Source of the DNA: Seison nebaliae
Taxonomy: Eukaryota
NCBI GenBank assembly: GCA_023231475.1
Contig: JALJEE010001892.1
Span: 1 to 42,151 of the forward strand
Direction of reading: 5' to 3'
DNA: 42,151 nucleotides
Part shown: positions 38,790-42,151 of the stretch, in pieces
How positions within the stretch are numbered: the first letter of the stretch is position 1
How the letters are laid out: each line of letters begins with the position of its first letter
Made by a program: the position numbers and the translations under genes
Notes under the pieces: model-generated
Seen by the model: the letters and a program-made list of their open reading frames with translations, nothing else
Told to the model about the DNA's origin: nothing
Databases searched by the model: none

Positions 38790-39260
38790 TACTTTAATTG
38801 AAATCCCTGTCGGGTAAATGAGAAAATCAGTTTAAAAACTTGACTGAAGAGTCTTTACCGAAGACTAACTCTGAAAAAGGTTATCTGTCAATTGGTAAAT
38901 ATGTTATCGGATTGGGTTGGGTTGGGAAAACAAAATGTTCGTGATGAAGAGGAAAACAAAAACAACGAAATCGGGAAAGAGTATATTGCACGGTAGATCA
39001 TAATATCGGATATCATTAGAGAATACTGAAAAGTGAGTGATATTAATATTGGAAAAATAAGAATTTTCCAAAAAAGAAGATTGAAATTTGAAGAAAACGA
39101 ATCGTAGAAAAGAGTAAAGAACGACCGGAGCTGTAGAATGAACAGAAATTAACGTTGTAAGAAAATAGTTCTTATAGAGTATAGAAAATGGAGTATAATG
39201 GAAAAACTAAATTCTTAAAAAGCTGCAGAAACGAATTTAGTTTATGGAAAGAGAAGGATA
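38790..39260 (-). mobile_element. Heavily decayed, internally deleted LINE 3' fragment of the same family as 404-1112 and 40722-41215
   Basis: Minus strand carries cagctttttaaga, atccgatattatgatctaccg (IRYYDLP) and the tail motif atttacccgacagggatttc. Confidence 0.65.
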
Positions 39261-39332
39261 TATTATATTATTGATTAATAAATATATGGATGAAATTAAT
39301 AGAGAATAATGGTAACAGAAATAAGTTCATAG

Positions 39333-40279
39333 TTATAAAAAATCATATCGGATTCTTATGGCGTGCCTATTAGGTCTTAATTTACTAAATAACACTTGTT
39401 TATATGGGATATGGCAATTTCCCCAAAAAGCATATTTTCCACTTACTTGAAATATATTGTTACCCATTGGTCTACCTCCTTCACACGAGTTCAAACTTTC
39501 TTTACGATTATACTTACTTATCATTTCTCCTACCGTTGCTTTATATCGGTTGGTTTTAGAACTGAAGTATGTACCGCAATATTCTGACTCTCCATCTATC
39601 AAATTAGACTGAATATAATGATTTAAGCATAATTTAGATATTTTTGATAGTTGATATAAGAACTCATTTCCAAGATAGTAGTTCTCGGAATTGTAATAGA
39701 ATCCATTTGCATATTCATTAAATGTTTTTGACTTTGTAAACGTCGATTCAGCAAAATAGAAGTAATTTGGTGTTTTCGACCGATAAGATTTAGTACTCTC
39801 CAACTTATCATAAATAAAACTATATTCTAAGAAGGGGAATAATTGGAATATTTTAATGATAATTAAATTAAACTTTCTTCGATAAACAGGTTATTATGAT
39901 TTTTGAATAGTGTATCAGAAAAATGCTTTATTTGAATTAATTGGTTTGTTTTTACGTCTGTATAGATTCCAATACATCCAACACTTTTGGAACATTGCGA
40001 TAATTGACATATTATCAGATTATCAGATACCGAAGTATATTTGACTTTTGATAGATATCTTTTTCCAGTTGCCAATTGGTAATATATCATTGAAATCGTT
40101 AGAATTTGTGTAGCACCGGTAAACATTATGTCTAACAAAGGTAAGATTCTAATATTTCTTAAACTTAGAAATATCCAACTTATGAAATTGTCGAAATAAG
40201 AAACAATCGCAATACCTTTTGAAAAAGCCAATGTAACAATTCTTAAAATGAAATATGATAAGACATGATATATGTCCAT
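39333..40279 (-). CDS. Orphan, probably secreted protein with a PAN/apple-like Cys motif, two exons
   Basis: Exons 40279 (or ATG 40126)-39874 and 39826-39333 are joined by a 47-nt GTT..TAG phase-1 intron. The motif CQLSQCSKSVGCIGIY resembles an apple/PAN core. Domain call tentative. Confidence 0.6.
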
Positions 40280-40721
40280 GTTATCAGATGAATATTAGTA
40301 ACTTAATTTCGATTCAGTATGATATATTAATTGGGGATATAATGAACAACACTATTGATGTAACAGTTTTTTTTATAAATATATATAAAATCTGAAATGT
40401 AAGTTTTTAAACTCATAAACATCTTATAGCTATACATCTATTTCCTTTAACGAATATCGAGTTTCAAAATAGTTAGAGTTCGTGAGCATATTATGAACAG
40501 AGGAATAATTTCATTGAAATTAGAATCAAGTGCGTTCAAAACCGAAATATTAAAAACATTAGTAAGTTTATTCTATACAATTTACATATTCAATAAAAAT
40601 ATAGTTTCCTAACACCATATTCTAATTTCTTCGACAAAGACAAAAAGAATCTTCTTCCATTATCAAGAAGATTGTATAAATTGTTGTAACGTATATATAT
40701 ATACTATATATATATGTATAT

Positions 40722-41215
40722 AGTTCTTCCACTATACTCTGTGGGAACTATTTCCTTATGTACACAACGTTCATTTCTGTCAATTGATCGTGTCTACAAT
40801 CGGTTTATCAGGAGATTAGTCTGTTGTTTCCATAGGTGCAATCGTTCTTTACTATTCGCCACCGTTGGTTTTCTTCCACTGCCTATTCTCTTTTCATGTC
40901 GAATTTTTTCTCTCCTGGACAAAATTTCAATTTCGAAGTCTCTCACTTCTTTTACTACTTATACTAATACTTTCCACGTTCACTCAATCTTTTCTCATAC
41001 TATTCGATATTACGATTTACCACGAGATATTCTTCTTCCCGATGTTAATGACTTCATTTTTTTTACGATCCGATCACGTCTTTAATTGGAGAAGATCAAG
41101 AAACTCTTATCGACTTGCACCACTTGATCAACATTGGTGAAGACGGGAATTTTTTTAACATTTTTTCTAATTTATCCCGAAGGGAATTTTGATAATAAAT
41201 AATAATAATAATTAT
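40722..41215 (+). mobile_element. 5'-truncated LINE 3' fragment with (TAA)n tail, abutting a (TA)n tract
   Basis: Encodes VYNRFIRRLVCCFHRCNRSLLFATVGFLPLPILFSCR...FSHTIRYYDLPRD. Ends tttatcccgaagggaattttgataataaataataataataa. (TA)n at ~40693-40714. Confidence 0.8.
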
Positions 41216-41222
41216 ACAAACG

Positions 41223-41430
41223 GAGTGAGTTTCTCTCCGCAATATAACCAGATGAGTGAGTTCCTCTCAAAAATTGAAAAATAAGGTGAGTTCCACTCCG
41301 AAATATTGAAAGTGGGTGAGTTCCTCTCCAAATTGCAGTATTAAGCATTTTTCCATTGGTGAATTAATTCACTCATTAGAAGTGAAGAGTGTTTTCCGGT
41401 CCAAAAATTAAATAGCGGTGAGTTCCTCTA
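41223..41430. repeat. ~30-bp-period array of a GTGAGTTCCTCTC core with divergent spacers
   Basis: Cores start at 41225, 41256, 41286 and 41316, with a further copy at 41418. Confidence 0.85.
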
Positions 41431-41802
41431 TAAAATTAATTCCGCTCCTAGATTCGACAAGTATATAAAAAATCATACTTGTATTCTTGCAACTTCCAAC
41501 CAAAAAACTTCGTCTGACAGATTTATGCTCCCAAATTTATACCAGTTCCCATATATGATAAGGATGTAATTATTACTAGTTAAAATTGTGCAAGTCTCCT
41601 AACTTATGATGTTTCGCCTTTTTGAATCTTTCCTATTATGGCTTTCTTGATGAAGGATCGACATTACGAAATACCTTCATATGTGCGAAAATAATTCATT
41701 TGTTTAAAAAATTAATATTTAAACAAATTAAGAGTTTCTTCTTTATAAATTCATCTGTGTTATTATAAACGAGCGCGTTACTATAAACCTTGAGTACGCA
41801 GT

Positions 41803-42151
41803 ATGCATCTTGAGAGATGCACTGAGTACGTCGGAAACTCTTCAGATGTTACTATGACGATCGACACTCTTGCTCCTCCCTCTGTCTCATCATCTTCCCC
41901 TATCGTTCTTCCAGCTCCTTCTACCACATCTTTATGACATAATTCTGACCACCAAGCTACTCCCGTTCATTCATATATAAATCAACGTCATATCAACTTT
42001 ATCTCTTTCAACACCCATGGTCCTACTAATCTCCGTTCTTCCATTTCTCTCTTCAACAATCACGATATCATTTTCTGTCAAGAGACATGGCTAGTGGGTA
42101 CTAAACCTGTTTGGTTAGAGTCGAACAATCACGTCATCTTTAACTCACAGT
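41803..42151 (+). mobile_element. Start of a LINE ORF2: apurinic-endonuclease (APE) domain, running off the window
   Basis: The frame reads INFISFNTHG...HDIIFCQETWL, the first two conserved APE motifs. There is an in-frame TGA upstream at 41935-41937. Confidence 0.85.

Noticed and set aside
38844..38875. Hammerhead-like CTGAAGA-gtctt/aagac stem
   Set aside because: The stem is followed by TAAC, not the required GAAA, and it lies antisense within decayed LINE coding sequence.
41223..41430. CRISPR-like repeat-spacer look
   Set aside because: Eukaryotic context, a core of only 13 bp, ~17-bp partly similar spacers, and no cas genes.
1..42151. tRNA, rRNA or spliceosomal snRNA genes; species identification
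   Set aside because: No cloverleaf, rRNA or U1/U6 signature was recognised by eye. The sequence supports only a compact-genome, ciliated metazoan-type organism, not a named taxon.

Overview
AT-rich, gene-dense eukaryotic (metazoan-type) nuclear DNA, not prokaryotic. Many short ORFs in the track are exons separated by 39-109 nt introns. Recognisable genes are a ~1025-aa WTAP/Fl(2)d homolog, a small heat-shock protein, a KDM2-like JmjC protein with a degenerate active site, a 20-exon CCDC180 and a ~3509-aa UBR1/2 N-recognin. There are also several orphan secreted or membrane genes, a long inverted-repeat element, and degenerate LINE fragments at both ends. The most striking signal is the splice code. 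Of 26 introns in CCDC180 and UBR placed by frame and homology, 23 begin GTT instead of GTR and only 3 have +5 G. Most follow an exonic A, and the three GTR exceptions all follow an exonic G. This suggests a rewired 5' splice-site recognition system. A multiply spliced, apparently non-coding or microprotein transcript with a heat-shock element lies head-to-head with UBR. All gene models were built by hand, homologies are recalled from memory, and no searches were run.
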